Below, one piece after another: positions 13,001-26,703 of a stretch of 64,000 bases of DNA. The DNA lies in NCBI RefSeq assembly GCF_964204865.1, contig NC_135252.1:2728001-2792000 (forward strand), written 5' to 3'. A program made the position numbers and the translations under genes. Within the stretch, counting starts at the first letter, position 1, and each line of letters opens with the position of its first letter. The notes under the pieces are model-generated. The model was not told the DNA's origin, made no database searches, and was given only the letters and a program-made list of their open reading frames with translations. The DNA comes from Styela clava (lineage: Eukaryota).

Positions 13001-16000
13001 ACAGACACCATAAAAAAATTATAAAAGTTAATTATCGTATTAAATATTTGCATTCCGGCATCGATAATAATAATACCATTCGCTTTAAATTGGGACAGTA
13101 AATTTACAAACGTTGATAGGTAATATCAAGTCTACGCAAATGTTTATTTTAGTTTTGAAATTTGTCGTTGATGCCCTTAACAGCTGTTGCCGATGTGAAC
13201 GCACGCGTAAGCCTGGATTGCCAAACCCAGGATATAGTCGCCAAAACGATTGCGGTGACAAAAACAATTAGCTATTATAACGAAATTAACCAGTAGAAAA
13301 GGCTTCCTTGCTAATTTTTCGACCGACGTTCCAGACTCCTGCTGTGCATAAAAAATATTCCTCATTCGTTAAAAATATTCAATTCGAAAAAATATTCGAT
13401 TTTGCCCACCCCTACTCGCATATTAATGAGGAAATAGTTAAGATTGATTTTTGACCCTGGTCTGAGTTTGATTTATCGTGAATGACTAGACTAGCTAATA
13501 CTGAATATCGCAAAATTCCGCGAAACGCCATTTTCTTTTAACATTCGTGGTTACAATAAAATGGATGTTAAATGTTAATACGACGTATGTATTTTGTCAA
13601 TTTGGCGATTTTGCAAATCTGTGAGATGCTGCTAAATGTTTCTTCTAATTTACCAAACAATGGCCCAAGTTTACATTCCATTACTAAACAATGTGGTGTC
13701 GAGTATCAGAAATTTCTGAATGGCAGTAAATTCACTAAGAAGAGAACACAGACCTGTCAAACCAGTACTAGAAAATCGTGTAATTTGGTCACAATTCATC
13801 GATGTCATTGATAGTCACATGACCACTCTCGTTTAGAGAAACGCACTGCCTTGCATTCGGACATCTGGTTTCAAAGACGCCGCCGAGCGTTTTCGCGGTC
13901 GAAGCGGAATCGGTGTGCTTGTATAATAATCATATTATAAACAAGAATTTTGCCATTAATGCAAAAGCTTTATCTTCCATGTCTTCACCACATAGGTTAG
14001 AATTCCGGTAAATATCGTTATGATATGCAGAATTGAGTTACGAAAGTACTAGTATGTTACTTAATTGTCAACTTAATACGCACACAAAAACATTTGTCAA
14101 CTTTGAATTTTTATTCCATTCAAAATCGAAAAAAAGTGCTATTTCTCTTCAAAATCGGAAAAAAGTGCTATTTCGCGGTCCCTAAAAAAAGTTGCGAAAG
14201 TGCTTCGCAATTTTCGCAAAAAAGTGCGCTAATAGTGAACACTGCTGGACACTATTCTTATGTCAAGTTCTAAACATGGGAAAATGAGGATTTTTTTAGG
14301 CAGTGCTTTGATATTCTGTAATGTTTTGAAATTATCTGAGACACAAATTAAATCAATGGTGCATTGCTTGAATTCGTTACTCGTCATTCTCCATCAACCT
14401 AGCTGTTATTTCTACAAATTTATTAGAGTACTTTATATTCTTACTTTGTTAAGATTTAATGGTTGTATGTTTCGACGCCATCCTGACAAAGCAGCGGGTG
14501 AACCAAGGCTACCATATACTTGCTGTGCAATAGGCAGCAGAGACAGATCATTATCTGTGTGGTTAACATCACTCCAACGACCATTAATTGTCGTCAATGA
14601 TCTATTCAATGATTCTGTTATGGATGTTACTTGGTGAGTTTATTTTGTATTTGTAGATTGTATTACTGTGGTATTTTATTTCAGTTATTTAAGGCGCTTT
14701 GCTTGTCAATTACAGTTTCAACCCCCATTTCAAGTCGATTGTCGAACAATCAACTAGTTGGAATAGTAATGTCTTATCAACATTCCTCGCACAAGGAACC
14801 ATAAAACTTTTCATTTCCATACTATTCTATTATTTTTACAAAAGCATTTATAAAAAAGCCATGTATCCATTTTGTCCAGGTCCTTTGATGGGAACAGTTT
14901 ACTTTGTTGTTCTTGGGATGGATCTGTTGCGTATTTGCAATTCAAACCACAAGAAATAGGTGAAGCTCTCACTAGGGAAGAGATGGTAAGTCTGTTGTTT
15001 TTAAGTGTTAAAGTTTTGCATCACCAAGATATTTTAATATTTGTTAGTTTGCCAAAAACCTTGCATGGTTTTGTACGCTGGTTGCAGCTCTGCTCTGAAT
15101 AAGGCAACAGACTAGAAACCATGATATTGATGAGCTAGTATATTTTTGGAAGTATGAAAATCCTATTTGTTTCCACATTCAGACAGCTTATCCAATTTAT
15201 TACACTCTGGAGTGAGAAGATGAGTAGAGTGTGATCCTGAGATATTTAATTTAGCATAAATGGGAATAACATGTTAGCCACTGGGCTATCCCATCCAAGT
15301 CTTAGAGCAGTGAGTCCCAACCTTTTATGGCTTGCAGCTTCCTTTCGGAGTAGTAGTTATAGTGTTATTTTGATTGGTGGATTCCAAATCCTATTATGTT
15401 CGTACAATTCTGCACAAAAAAGTGAAATAACCTTCTCAAACAATGAAACTTGGAAGAGGGGGGGTTCTTGTAAAGGGAAAAGTAAAATCAGTTTTGGGGC
15501 TAGCATGGTGCCTTTTCCCCCAACTACTCTGTGGCCCCTGGTTGGGAATCGCTGTTTTAGAGTCTTTGTGTAACAATTAATTTCGTTTTACAGAATAATT
15601 TGCACAAGAAAACGTATGGGAAATCGATGTCAATTATGTCACAACCTCTGGTTATTGAGAATCCAGCTATGCTTGCTCTTCAGCAGCAGAAGAAAGCAGA
15701 GGATGATGCCGCTTTCAAGAAACCTCAACAAGATCCAAAAACACCTACGAAGTATCCTGTGAGTTGACACTCCTATTGATTGTCCAAGTAGGAAAAGAAT
15801 GAAATCAAAATATTTTATACTGTACTGTGGTAGGTAAGTTATCATAGGGCTCCGCATTTAGCGCATTGTGCTAAGTGTTTGGAATACGCTTTCTATCGCA
15901 CCTCTGGTTACCCTGACTTGCGAGAGTATGTGTGTTCGACTCCTGTGAAGGCTAATTATGTGAGAGAATATCACCAGACTTCTCTTTGTTGTAGGGGGGA

Positions 16001-19000
16001 GGGTCATGTGACCGCTGGTGAGTTATGGCTTGCTACATCATCAAGTTCAGGCATCTGAAACAAATAACTGGTTAGTATTTCCATACCCAACCCAGACTGG
16101 TAACTGAACAAGAGGCATGGTTCGCCTTACGATTATCAGCTATCTTCTCTCCTGGAATAAATATGGAAATCCTATCCTATATGTATAAATACTAAATATG
16201 TAGGCCCAACAACATTTTCAAGCTGTGCAAAAATTATGCGTTCGCATTGAATACATATTTGAAGAAATTTTATTGGTAAGTGAAAATAATCTCCTAATAA
16301 TAATAGAGTTACTATCAAAATACCCTTTTTTCAATAACTGTTTAGACGAAGCAAGTTGAAGTTCGAACACAGGCAGGGAAAAGAAGAATCACGCCTGTAT
16401 TCGTTGCTCCCCAGGAAGATTTAGGGTAAGACTTTCCAGTCTGTAGCAGCTCGTTACCTAGCAGTGGCTTCTTGTGCAGAGCCTTGTTCAGAGCAAAAGG
16501 TGTTCAAATAAGTAGTATAAGTTTCTTTATTTTTCATTGCTTTGATCCATTACCTTCTATGATTGTTTACAAAATTTTACTACAGTGGGATTCCAAGACC
16601 ATTTGGCAGTGCATTTGGATCTTCAACAAACTTGTCTTCAAATTTAAGCAAATCACCACTGAAGCATAGTCGCACAACTACACCAGAGAAAAGAAGGGTA
16701 TTTTGTTACAGTTTTTCCATAATTTACTGAATTATATACCGGTACTCATAAATCATAATATTTGTTTAATCGTTTTTATTGGGTGTTTTACATCTTGTCC
16801 CAAGTAATACTTTTGTAAGCTGATATGATATATTATCTTTTTCGAAAGAGTTTTTTTTTATACCAGCATTTGTTTAATCGATTGATCACACCTTGGAAAA
16901 TGGGGTGGGCTTTGGGAGAACGTAATTTGGTGTGATGTCTACAACATGTTATTAATTTTTCATTCGCCTAGCTAGTTAGAATAGGTACCCATTTGAGTCA
17001 AGGGTATGCAACCTTTAATACTAGAGACATATACAAATAACTGGGTGAAATCGTGGGCCGCACCTTTATTTAACATACGCTTTCTAGTAGTTGCAGACAA
17101 AAATATTTTGTTTATTGATCTTATGACATGCGTTGTTTGCTTTGAACAAGGTAGCTGTTAGGACATTGTAATTGCCATAGATAATAAATTGGACCCTGGT
17201 ATAAGCTTTGCAACACAACAGGATTTAAATTACTCGCACGTACTAGATTAAACTAAATTAAAAACTCGTTCCGCGGACCGCACACCATTCAGAATTGGCA
17301 CTTCACCATTGGCTACATAAGTTCTCCTTGTGGGCCGTATTTGGCCCGCGGGCAGCAGTTTATACACCTGATTTAGGCCATCTTCGAGTCCATAGGATAT
17401 GTTTTCAAGATTTTTTACTTACTCAATAGAGCGATTCAGAAAAATCCAGTCCCGGTATGCAACAAACAACCCCAGGAAAATCATCATCTAGTCAGTCTGA
17501 TCATGTTATCAAAGTTGGTAGTGCAAGCAAAGAAAAACAAAAAGATAATGACAACACTCCATCACATGTAAATGGTGAAGTGAAGACATTGCCATTCAAG
17601 AAAGACAAGGAAATTCTTATAGATAAAAGCATCCAACTTGTTGAACAGGTAGTGCATTTAATTTTTTTTACTTATTTTCGGTTAATTCACAGAAATATTA
17701 TTCAATTACACTAGCCTACCATTACCAATAAGACAAATTATCTCAACAATTTCATCAAATATATAACTATTACAATTTGATGATGACATAATATCAAATA
17801 GTCAAAATTGTTCCAAAGCTTGTTTTGTTTATGTGCCAACTGTAATAATAAGTGCAATAAGTTCAATTGTGATGTAAATAATTATGTAATAATACTGAAT
17901 GTAAATTTTTTACAGACTGACTTTATACCGGTAAGTCCTTCAGTTTATATTAAATTTAAATTTTATTTTTTAACAGAAGAAAGTAGTATTGGATCACAGA
18001 ATTACTGAAAAGACCAAACCCAGCATACCACAATCTGCTGCTGAACCATCTGACAAGTAGGACTTCACTTTACTTTTACTAATTTTTGTCAATTTCTACC
18101 TCATTTACCTATGATTACGAAAAGATAGGAAATACTTATAAGTCGATTTAACAAATATATTGTTAATCATTCTACACTTTTGAAAAATAGTCATAATGGT
18201 GACTGTGAAGTAAAATCTAGCAAAAGCTTTTTAAAATTTAACATAGTTTTATAAATCATTTTTATTCTTTTCTCACTTGTTGTTTTTAGATTATCTGCTC
18301 AAAAAATTCCAGTGAAAAGCAAATCAGGTGCGTTTTTACTCTTTTTTAATTCCAGATTGAGGATTTATCACTATATTAACATTAGTACAACTAATTTTGT
18401 CAGACAAAAAATTGACCGAGAAGAATGCAACTACAAACAAGGATGTCAATGATTCTGTTACTTCTGTCATTGCAGCAGTTTCAACTCAACAAAAAAAGGT
18501 TGGAAGACCTCCAGGTTGGTGAAATATGTATTGAATAACAGGTTACATTCTGGCTGCACTCAATCGATCATATTCCAGCATTAGTTTTTGTAACACCTGT
18601 ATTATATGGAAGAAAAAGCTATTTTATTCAAAGTACCAATCCTAACATCTGTTTATATGATATACTATGAAGAACTTGGATCTCCTTTTTTAGGGCTTAA
18701 CATGAAGCGCAAGGCTAATGATTCAACACCTATTCCTCATGCTTCACCAAAACAACCAAAGAGAGTTAAAAAAGACAACATTGTTACTCCTTCACAATCA
18801 AGAAATCAAACACCTGCACAACAGGTGGGAGTTTTATTATCTAGTGTTGTAGAGCAGTGGTTTTTAAACTTTTTTTGGCACACTAGTGAGGTCTGAATTT
18901 TGCTCTGGCATGCATGATAATGTACATTCTGAAGGGTGCGAGAATTAAGTAAAATAAATGGACAATAAGCCACAATGGATTTAAAATATAAGTTCAAAAG

Positions 19001-22000
19001 CACAAAATGGCCACTGTTATGAATAGAGGGAAAGAATAGGAGTGTCATATTAATATGATATTTTCTGTTAAAAATGTATTTGTTTGCTGCAAAATTTTTT
19101 ATTCATAAATCTTATTTTCATTCAGTCGCTGATGAGTAGATTATTACCTCTACCACCTGTGCAAATGCCTGTCTCTGTGGATAAATTAACTCCAAAAAAA
19201 GTTGTCAAGACTCTGTCAATTAAGGTAAGAAACTAAGGTTAACTGATTGTTTATGAATATAGCTCATTTAATTGAATTTCATGTCCCCGGCTTGTATCAC
19301 TTGCCCCATTCTTGTGTGTCTCTCGTCCGCTTTGTATCGATTGTCCCATGTGCCCTGCTTGTCTGACCCCATACACATAAGTGTGGTACAAATAGGGCAA
19401 GTGGCACAAATGCGGGACAGGTGGGGTACAACATTTTTGAGACACTTTATATTGTCTTCGAAATATGTTACACAGAACTGACTGCTGAGAATTGCTGTTG
19501 TATTTGGTGCATTCTGTTATCTTCACTTATCCAAGTTTTTATCTTTAATTATCTGGACTCAGTTTCTAGTGCCTGTTTTTTAAAGATTGGTGACTGGAAT
19601 AGATTGATAGGATGTGATTTTCATACCCGAAAACCGAAAAATGAGAAAAATTTGCGTTTAATAAACATTTCTTGTCAGATTTCCAATGCTGATGAAACAT
19701 TTGAATTGAAGTTACACAATGATTCATTAGCAATGCAACAAAGTCAGAAGAACTCATTTGCAATGCATAAGATAGTATGTACCAAGGGTTCAACGGCAGA
19801 ATGGGAGTCTGTTATATCAGCACCTGGCGTTGTCATGGACGGAAATAGGTACTGATTAATATAAATTATATGATAATATTTTCTTCAATGCCTCCCAAAC
19901 AGCCAGCAATGGGTTTGCAGATTAGTATCAGGAATACCTTATCTATTTGAGTTCATAATTGGAGGACAGATTATTGTGTTTCTGTGGTCGAAATGAGAAC
20001 TCTTGTGGTAGAAATTAGGAGCATAATATTTAATAGAATGACATTTTCACACAAATATTACGAATTCTTGATCTTTCTCGATTTATACTCATACTTGTTT
20101 CACTGTATTTGGGAAAAATTTATTTGTTAGCATTGGTAATTTTCTTTGCTGCATTTATCTGCCTTCCACTTTGAACTAGGCTCTACACAAGTAGCCACCG
20201 CAAGGTATGAGGCTACTAGCTTTGGAAGATCAGGAATCTTTAGGGTTCGGGATTGCCTACCCAATTCATTACACACTGGGTGAAGTTTCGGGCATGGGTT
20301 TTGAACCCAAGATTTTAATATATGTCATAGTTTTGTCTATCCAATGCTTTCAAAACTAAGCCACCGCGCCCAAATTTATTCTCAGTTTTCTTATAATTGC
20401 TGGTATTGGTAGGATAGCATAGGGTTCACATATTTATTCGTGGGAGAGGAAAATCGACAAAACTTAATCATATGTCGAACCACTGCATCTCATCCGGTTA
20501 CCAGTTCATGTTGGGTATGAGATTAGTTACTCTGTTTTCAGATGATTGGACTTGATGGTGAAGGAAGCCGTAACCGACCAGTAGTTACGTGAACCACCCT
20601 ACGACGGTTGGGAGTCCAGCAATCCTCTTGCACACAAGTATCCGAACAGGATCATCCATAATTATGTTTTCAATTTTCTCAGGAATATTGTTTGCATTGC
20701 ATGCAAGGACCAAACAGTGAGGCTGCTTTCAATGTTATCAGGAAGACAACTTCTACCTACTGTTTGTGTTAAAGGAAAACCATACTCTGTTACATGCAAT
20801 GGATGGAATGTAATGATTGTATGCTGTGACGCCTCTGTTAGTGTTTGGTATGTAGCATAAAACAAATTTATGTTTAACAGTCAGACAGTAAATGATGGAA
20901 TAAGATTTTCGTAGGACGACTTATTGATATGGCATACAATGGAGTCACGTCCGGTTACCAGTCCATGTCAGGCCCCACGGTGGCAAGGAGTTCAACAATA
21001 CTCTCACACCTAATTATGCCCCGCAAGATTGGAACTTCACACAAGATCGAACCCACACAGGGTAATTAAAGGTGCCACGGCACAGGTACCTCCAAGCCTC
21101 AGTTCTATGACCAATTAGGACGAGATTTTTTCATGTATTGTATTATTGTATTGTGCTGATATAGTGGTTTTTCAGTGCTTATTTTAAAAAACTAGTCAGT
21201 ACAATACCAGAGATTTGATAGAATACCCCTAATCATATTCCATATCATGGTGATACCATGTGTAGTTAACCAAATTAGTTCAGGAACCGGATTAGCTTGG
21301 GAGTTGATAATTCCAAATGAATGGATGATGGAAGAATCATGATATCATCTGTCAATGTGACAGGTATTTTGTACCTATTGTATGTTTGTGCAGTTGAACT
21401 ATAGACTGGAAAGTTTCAAAAGTCAGTTATATGTAATAGTCTCAGCAGTCAGCAATATTATTCTTATTCTTTCAGGGATACAAAATGTGAATCGTGTCTT
21501 ATATCAAATCAATCATTTGCTCATTTACTGCCAAACACTGGTGACGCCGAAGAAACAAATACAGATTTGTTTGATGAAGTTGTTCATACGAATGACCAGC
21601 AGCGAAAAAAAGATGAGAAAAATCCATTGCACGAATGTGAATTAACAGATTCAGGACTGCCATTACTGACTTTCTCAAATAGAAAATCTTATACATTCTC
21701 CAGAAATATGTTATCATGGTAAGAAATATTGTATGTATTTTGATATCGTTCATAGGTCGCATATTGCGAACTTTAGATAGAATTCTAATATGGTTGCTAA
21801 AATTGGCCGCATGTTTTTTAACCCAAGTTTTAAACTAAGTTTTTATATGTTAGTTCGGCATTTGGTCATACAGAATCAAACATAACTTTTTTCTAGTTTC
21901 TCAGAGTTCTCTGGTTCCTTCTGATATAATACCACTGTAGTAGCTTATTTCTGATGATTCTTCATTGTAACTTCCAGTAAAATACTTCTTGTCAATTTTT

Positions 22001-25000
22001 TATACTGCAAAGGAATATAAAAGTCATTGTTTTTTCTGTGGTGTTTGTTATCAGTTTAGATTAGGGCCCGACCGATACTGCCTTTTTGAACCGATACCGA
22101 TACTGCTAGTTTTCCAAAACTAGGCCGATAAGCCGATAACGATGTTTCTTCACATATATTTGTGGCAGCATTTCTGTTCTGAAATACTTCTCAGTCTTTA
22201 GAGCGTAGCGAGGTTCAATGGTTTCTATTAGCCTGCGGAATCCATCATCTTGCACTATTGCAAATGGCCTGTTGTCAGTGGCTATCATCTCCATTATTAT
22301 TTTATCAAGTGATTTCGTTCTTGCGTCATTTCCATGCCATTTATTAAATTTATCCATTATGTGTTCCCATGAAGGTTGCCGATTAAACTGGGAAGCTTCA
22401 GCTGGCCTTTTTCGCGTTAACTGCGTCTGCGAAATCTCATCATACTTGCTCTTGTGTTTCGATCTGAGATGACTCCACAAATTACTGGTGTTTTTCTTTT
22501 TGGAATCGGCGGAACCTTGACTTAACAATGATGAGCATATTTTACAAAGTACACCATCACTGTGGCATACAAAGTATTCCCATACTTTGCTCTTACCGCT
22601 AGAACCAGCCATCTATAACATACCAATACAAGAAGTTAAATAATACCTTCAACGACTAAAGCGCAAGGGAAATCAAGCGCCGTGTAAACTACGCGAAAAT
22701 TCTCTATCTAGCGTATATTATTTGACACAAATAAGCCGTTCACGTGTTCTATTGCTTCGATTTGTAAGCCACCACGCTGCAAACTTGCTTGCAAAGTGTG
22801 AAATCCCGTGTCGCAATCGTCCGTGAAACCGCTCTTGATAAGAGAGAAATAGAAATAGTGAAGAAAAAGAGTTTCACGCAGAACCGCTCTCGAATTAAAC
22901 AAGCGATAAAACTGCTTTCCCGGCAACCTTCAACAACTAAAGCGCAAGGGAAATCAAGCGCCGTGTAAACTACGCGAAAATTCTCTATTTAATCTAGCGT
23001 ATATTATTTGACACAAACAAGCCGTTCACGTGTTCTATCGCTTCGATTTGTAAGCCACCACGCTGCAAACTTGCTTGCAAAGTGTGAAATCCCGTGTCGC
23101 AATCGTCCGTGAAACCGCTCTTGATAAGAGAGAAATAGAAATAGTGAAGAAAAAGAGTTTCACGCAGAACCGCTCTCGAATTAAACAAGCGATAAAACTG
23201 CTTTCCCGGCAACCTTCAACAACTAAAGCGCAAGGGAAATCAAGCGCCGTGTAAACTACGCGAAAATTCTCTATTTAATCTAGCGTATATTATTTGACAC
23301 AAATAAGCCGTTCACGTGTTCTATCGCTTCGATTTGTAAGCCACCACGCTGCAAACTTGCTTGCAAAGTGTGAAATCCCGTGTCCCAATCGTCCGTGAAA
23401 CCGCTTTTGATAAGAGAGAAATAGAAATAGTGAAGAAAAAGAGTTTCACGCAGAACCGCTCTCGAATTAAACAAGCGATAAAACTGCTTTCCCGGCGCAA
23501 TTTTGACACTTTGGCAGTCACGTGATTAGCCGATAACTATCGGTAAAATTAGCCGATACCGATAGTTCAAAATTTGTGAAAAACAAGGCCGATATATCGG
23601 CCGGCCGATATATCGGTCGGGCCCTAGTTTAGATATTGTACGTTTTAATCTGCTTGTCTGACGGCTTAGTATAATTATTCTAAATCATTCCTAAATTCAA
23701 GAATTTCTCATATCAAATGTAATGCAATTCGAATATCCGATTCGTTTTGGACATTCCCGCAGACAACTGTGATTTTAGCCAAAAAAATTGCTTTGACAAT
23801 ACTGTTTTATTGGCAGTAAATAACACATCCAATCAATCTTTTTATTTTCAATCCAGGATTTTGGTTAATTCCATAGATGAATCAATTGAACACTGTGCTG
23901 ATTATAAATCAGATACATCAAGTTTGAAAGGCGGAATACTGGATTCACTCCAAAAGAAAGCTACTGGGTAATATTACAGGGTTGCTGGTGGTCACTTTGG
24001 CTTAGTGGTAAATGCGTTGAACTTAACTTAATGCGTTGAACTACGATGGCATCGCAAGTTAAAATCTTAGGTTTAAACCCCATGCCCACCACCTCACTCA
24101 GGGTGTATTTAATTGGGTAGCAGATGATGAACCAGATACATTTCGGCCCTTTCAAACTTTGGTAGTTTCTTACCTAGAAGTGGCTGCCTCTCTAGAGCCT
24201 TATTCGGAACAAAAAGTATTTAAATACGTTGTATAAAACTACTAATACATCAATTATTGTTTTTCCATAAAATCATTGGTGAATAGAAAATTGTTGAATA
24301 TAAATAAGTTATCATAAAGTCAAAATTATTATCAAAGCTATTTGTTTCTGCAAGTCATTTCAACTTTATAATTTTCATTTTTCCATTTTATTTTTTCTTC
24401 AGTGTTGGTGCCTGTGCCTTGAGGATGTTTCATTCAAACACAAATTTACAACGGTGTGCAACTGCAGTCTTTTTGGAAAGTAGAGTAGAAACATGCATCG
24501 CTCTCAACTCAGTGGAGGAGTACAGTCATTGGATGCTATCTTATATAAGGTGGTAACATTGTGTAAAAAGTTTTTTGTAATTGCCTAATGTTTAAGCAAT
24601 ATTGTCTTGTTTTTAGAGATTCATTGAAGAATAATTTAAAAGGTGTAGTTATCCGTAGTTTCTGATTTAGTTATCCCAGATAGAATACTTATGATAGCAT
24701 AACACAATTTTTGTGGCTTTCAAGCCTTGGAAGAATCCTGTATAATTTTTAGTTCTGTTTTTTTTTTTTTCAGATATTTAGTTAATGAAGGCCTGGATGT
24801 GAGATTGCGAGAGATTTGTGATGATATGTTAGGTCCTACTCATCTGAAATCCAATGAAATCATGGAGTCACCTACAACATCGTCATCAACATGGAAACCC
24901 TTTGTATTGGTATAATAGAATTTTACTGCTTTAAAGAATCAACTCTGAACTCAAATTGAATATTAGTTAAGGTGTTACGAGATGTACAATTTAGCTATAA

Positions 25001-25411
25001 ATCCTTGTCATATGCTTACGGCCATTTGCCCAAGTTTTATATATAGGCCTATATATATTTAACTTAGCTCAGAGTGTACCATCTAAACTTGTAATCAACA
25101 GCCTCGATTTTTTTTCTCATTTTGGTTTGTTCATAGCTCTTGTAATACAATTTACGATAATTCGTAGTCCAAGTGTTCAACAACTGATTGAATAGCATTA
25201 CTTATCGTCAACTATATTTCATTGCCATTATGGCTATTAGCTTGAACTCATTCATTGTATGTGATTTTTTCAGGGATTGTTCAAGAGAACATTGCTACGA
25301 GATGAGATTCTGCCAATCATCGGTTCTAATTTAAACTTTCAGAGACTTTATACAGAATATCAAGACCAATTAGATGTTTGTAATGCACCTGGAAGCATTT
25401 TGCTTGGATAA
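4049..25411 (+). CDS. HIRA: Histone H3.3 chaperone HIRA (WD40 repeats, B-domain, C-terminal Hira domain), multi-exon
   Basis: Starts [25 protein letters not shown]. Exons include 4049-4085, 5160-5339, 5821-5910, 6073-6174, 6818-6954, 7277-7396, 7847-8016, 14454-14633, 14880-14985, 15594-15758, 16346-16425 (B-domain [16 protein letters not shown]), and last exon 25274-25411 ([22 protein letters not shown]...TAA). Middle exons not all delimited. Confidence 0.97.
6401..6609. mobile_element. Short palindromic MITE with internal GGGTTAGGGTTAG
   Basis: Imperfect terminal inverted repeats ggtgaccgtacagttgaaccc ... gggttcaaatgtgatgtaacc; a related copy lies at ~35710-35912. Confidence 0.75.
8525..14244 (+). 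mobile_element. 5.7-kb non-autonomous cut-and-paste transposon (hAT- or P-like) in HIRA intron 7
   Basis: Exact 8-bp TSD CTGGACAC (8517-8524 and 14245-14252); imperfect TIR CAGTGTTAACTCTAAG / CTAATAGTGAACACTG; repeated subterminal AAAGTGC motifs at both ends; no long ORF. Confidence 0.92.
15857..16180 (+). mobile_element. tRNA-derived SINE (family A), diverged copy
   Basis: A-box-like tagcgcattgtgctaag, B-box gttcgactcc, body shared with 26704-26905, (atcct)n-type tail. Confidence 0.75.
20170..20372 (-). mobile_element. tRNA-derived SINE (family B), diverged
   Basis: Reverse strand reads gggcgcggtggcttagt...ggttcaaaaccc (A/B boxes); similar to the forward copy at ~23990-24200. Confidence 0.6.
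20408..20636 (-). mobile_element. SINE family A, 3' part, reverse orientation (another decayed piece at ~20910-21075)
   Basis: gccgtaaccgaccagtagttacgtgaaccaccct is the reverse complement of the family A core at ~26820-26853. Confidence 0.7.
22106..22612 (-). CDS. Truncated hAT transposase N-terminus (BED zinc finger, ZBED-like), 168 aa
   Basis: SKVWEYF...CKIC...[16 protein letters not shown] finger, then [28 protein letters not shown]; runs into the subterminal repeat and has no DDE domain. Confidence 0.85.
   Translation of the reverse strand: MAGSSGKSKVWEYFVCHSDGVLCKICSSLLSQGSADSKKKNTSNLWSHLRSKHKSKYDEISQTQLTRKRPAEASQFNRQPSWEHIMDKFNKWHGNDARTKSLDKIIMEMIATDNRPFAIVQDDGFRRLIETIEPRYALKTEKYFRTEMLPQIYVKKHRYRLIGLVLEN
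22645..23496. repeat. Three tandem ~286-bp units inside the hAT element
   Basis: Units start at about 22645, 22926 and 23212 (281, 286, ~285 bp) and are nearly identical. Confidence 0.93.
23990..24200 (+). mobile_element. tRNA-derived SINE (family B), diverged
   Basis: tggcttagtggtaaatgcg A box, ggtttaaaccc degenerate B box; similar to 20170-20372. Confidence 0.55.
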
Positions 25412-25976
25412 TGTTGTTCTATTTTTTTAATATTTGATATTCAATCATAGTTGCCAAAAATCATACAAATATGAGACCGTGACTTTTTTATGGGATCACA
25501 GCTTGCTAGACTGCGAAAAAATCGTTACGATCGATCGTCATGCTTTCTCCTTGCTCCTCCATTGACTAGTGTTCGATTCGATCTTTTTTGGTAAACTTCA
25601 CCACTGTAGTTGAGGCAGGTCATTGGTCTTTCATAGCTTCATGAGTTATGTTCGAGTCAGCGTATTTTTGGTATGGTCCCTTAGGGATAGTGAAAAATGA
25701 AGAAACACTTCATTAGAAAGTGTCTCGTTGTGCAAGATGAGATCTATGGGCAGGACACTGGGTGTCAACGAGAGGTTTGTCTGAACTATTATATAGCAGA
25801 AACTGGATATATCTTCTGAATCCGTAATGATTTCTGCAGTTTTTTTTTGTTGGCACATTTAATACATATAAATAATATTTCAGTTTTTTTTATAATGGTA
25901 ACCCTAGGGCAGAGGTGGGCAATCTTTTTCGGTTTGTGTGCCAAAATCTACTGAATTCAATATCGATACTCTATGG

Positions 25977-26293
25977 CAGGGCTACTCAACTATTTTTATC
26001 GAAGGTCCGCAAACAAAACTTCAAAATTATTTGGGTCCGGTCTTTCCAGAAATGATATTTCGGCGTCCTCAAACGAGCACTTCCTTGACCGACTAATGAT
26101 TAGTAGCAAATTAAAATTGTTCATTATGGTGTTATAGTTCTTTTCGTATATATTCAAAACTATGAAAGTCATTTTATAATAGGAAATTCAAAAAGTGGGG
26201 CTAATGATCCAAAAAATAATAATTAGGTGCGGTCCAAATCCAATACTCGAAAGGTCCGGATTCGGACCGCGGTCCGCCAGTTGAGTAGCGCTG
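25977..26293. mobile_element. hAT MITE nested in an older hAT MITE that starts near 25910
   Basis: TIR cagggctactcaact ... agttgagtagcgctg; near-TSD ctctatgg / ctcttatgg. Confidence 0.75.
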
Positions 26294-26703
26294 CTCTTAT
26301 GGCGTGCCAACCGAAATTTTTGACAACATACTACTGACGTTTTTTTAAAGCTATATTAGAAGATCCTTGAAGAAATGATTAAAACTGAAAACACAGTAAA
26401 ACAAACTTGGACTTATCTACTTTATTTAAGCAATATGAATAATATTAAACTTTTCAAACCAGTATCAAGTTACTTTCAAAAAAATATCAGTCCGACTAAA
26501 TTTTTGTTTACTTTCCATATGCCATGTAAGTGAAACTTCCGCTGCTGCATAACCGTTGACAGAAATTTTACATCTAGTTTATATTTAGTAAACTTCAGTG
26601 AAATACACGAGCTACTGGTTTCATCAGTCAAGCTGCCAGCTTATCTCTAACTGGCATGCGTTCTTCGTTAATCTGCCAGAAATTAAAAAAATATGGGGAA
26701 GAC

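Larger units (their letters stand above)
22062..23626 (-). mobile_element. hAT internal-deletion derivative in a HIRA intron
   Basis: Perfect 16-bp TIR TAGGGCCCGACCGATA; exact 8-bp TSD GTTTAGAT (22054-22061, 23627-23634); subterminal CCGATA repeats. Confidence 0.95.

Noticed and set aside
22708-23521. Repeated 72-aa ORFs MPGKQFY...
   Set aside because: By-products of the 286-bp tandem repeat; non-ATG starts and no recognisable domain.
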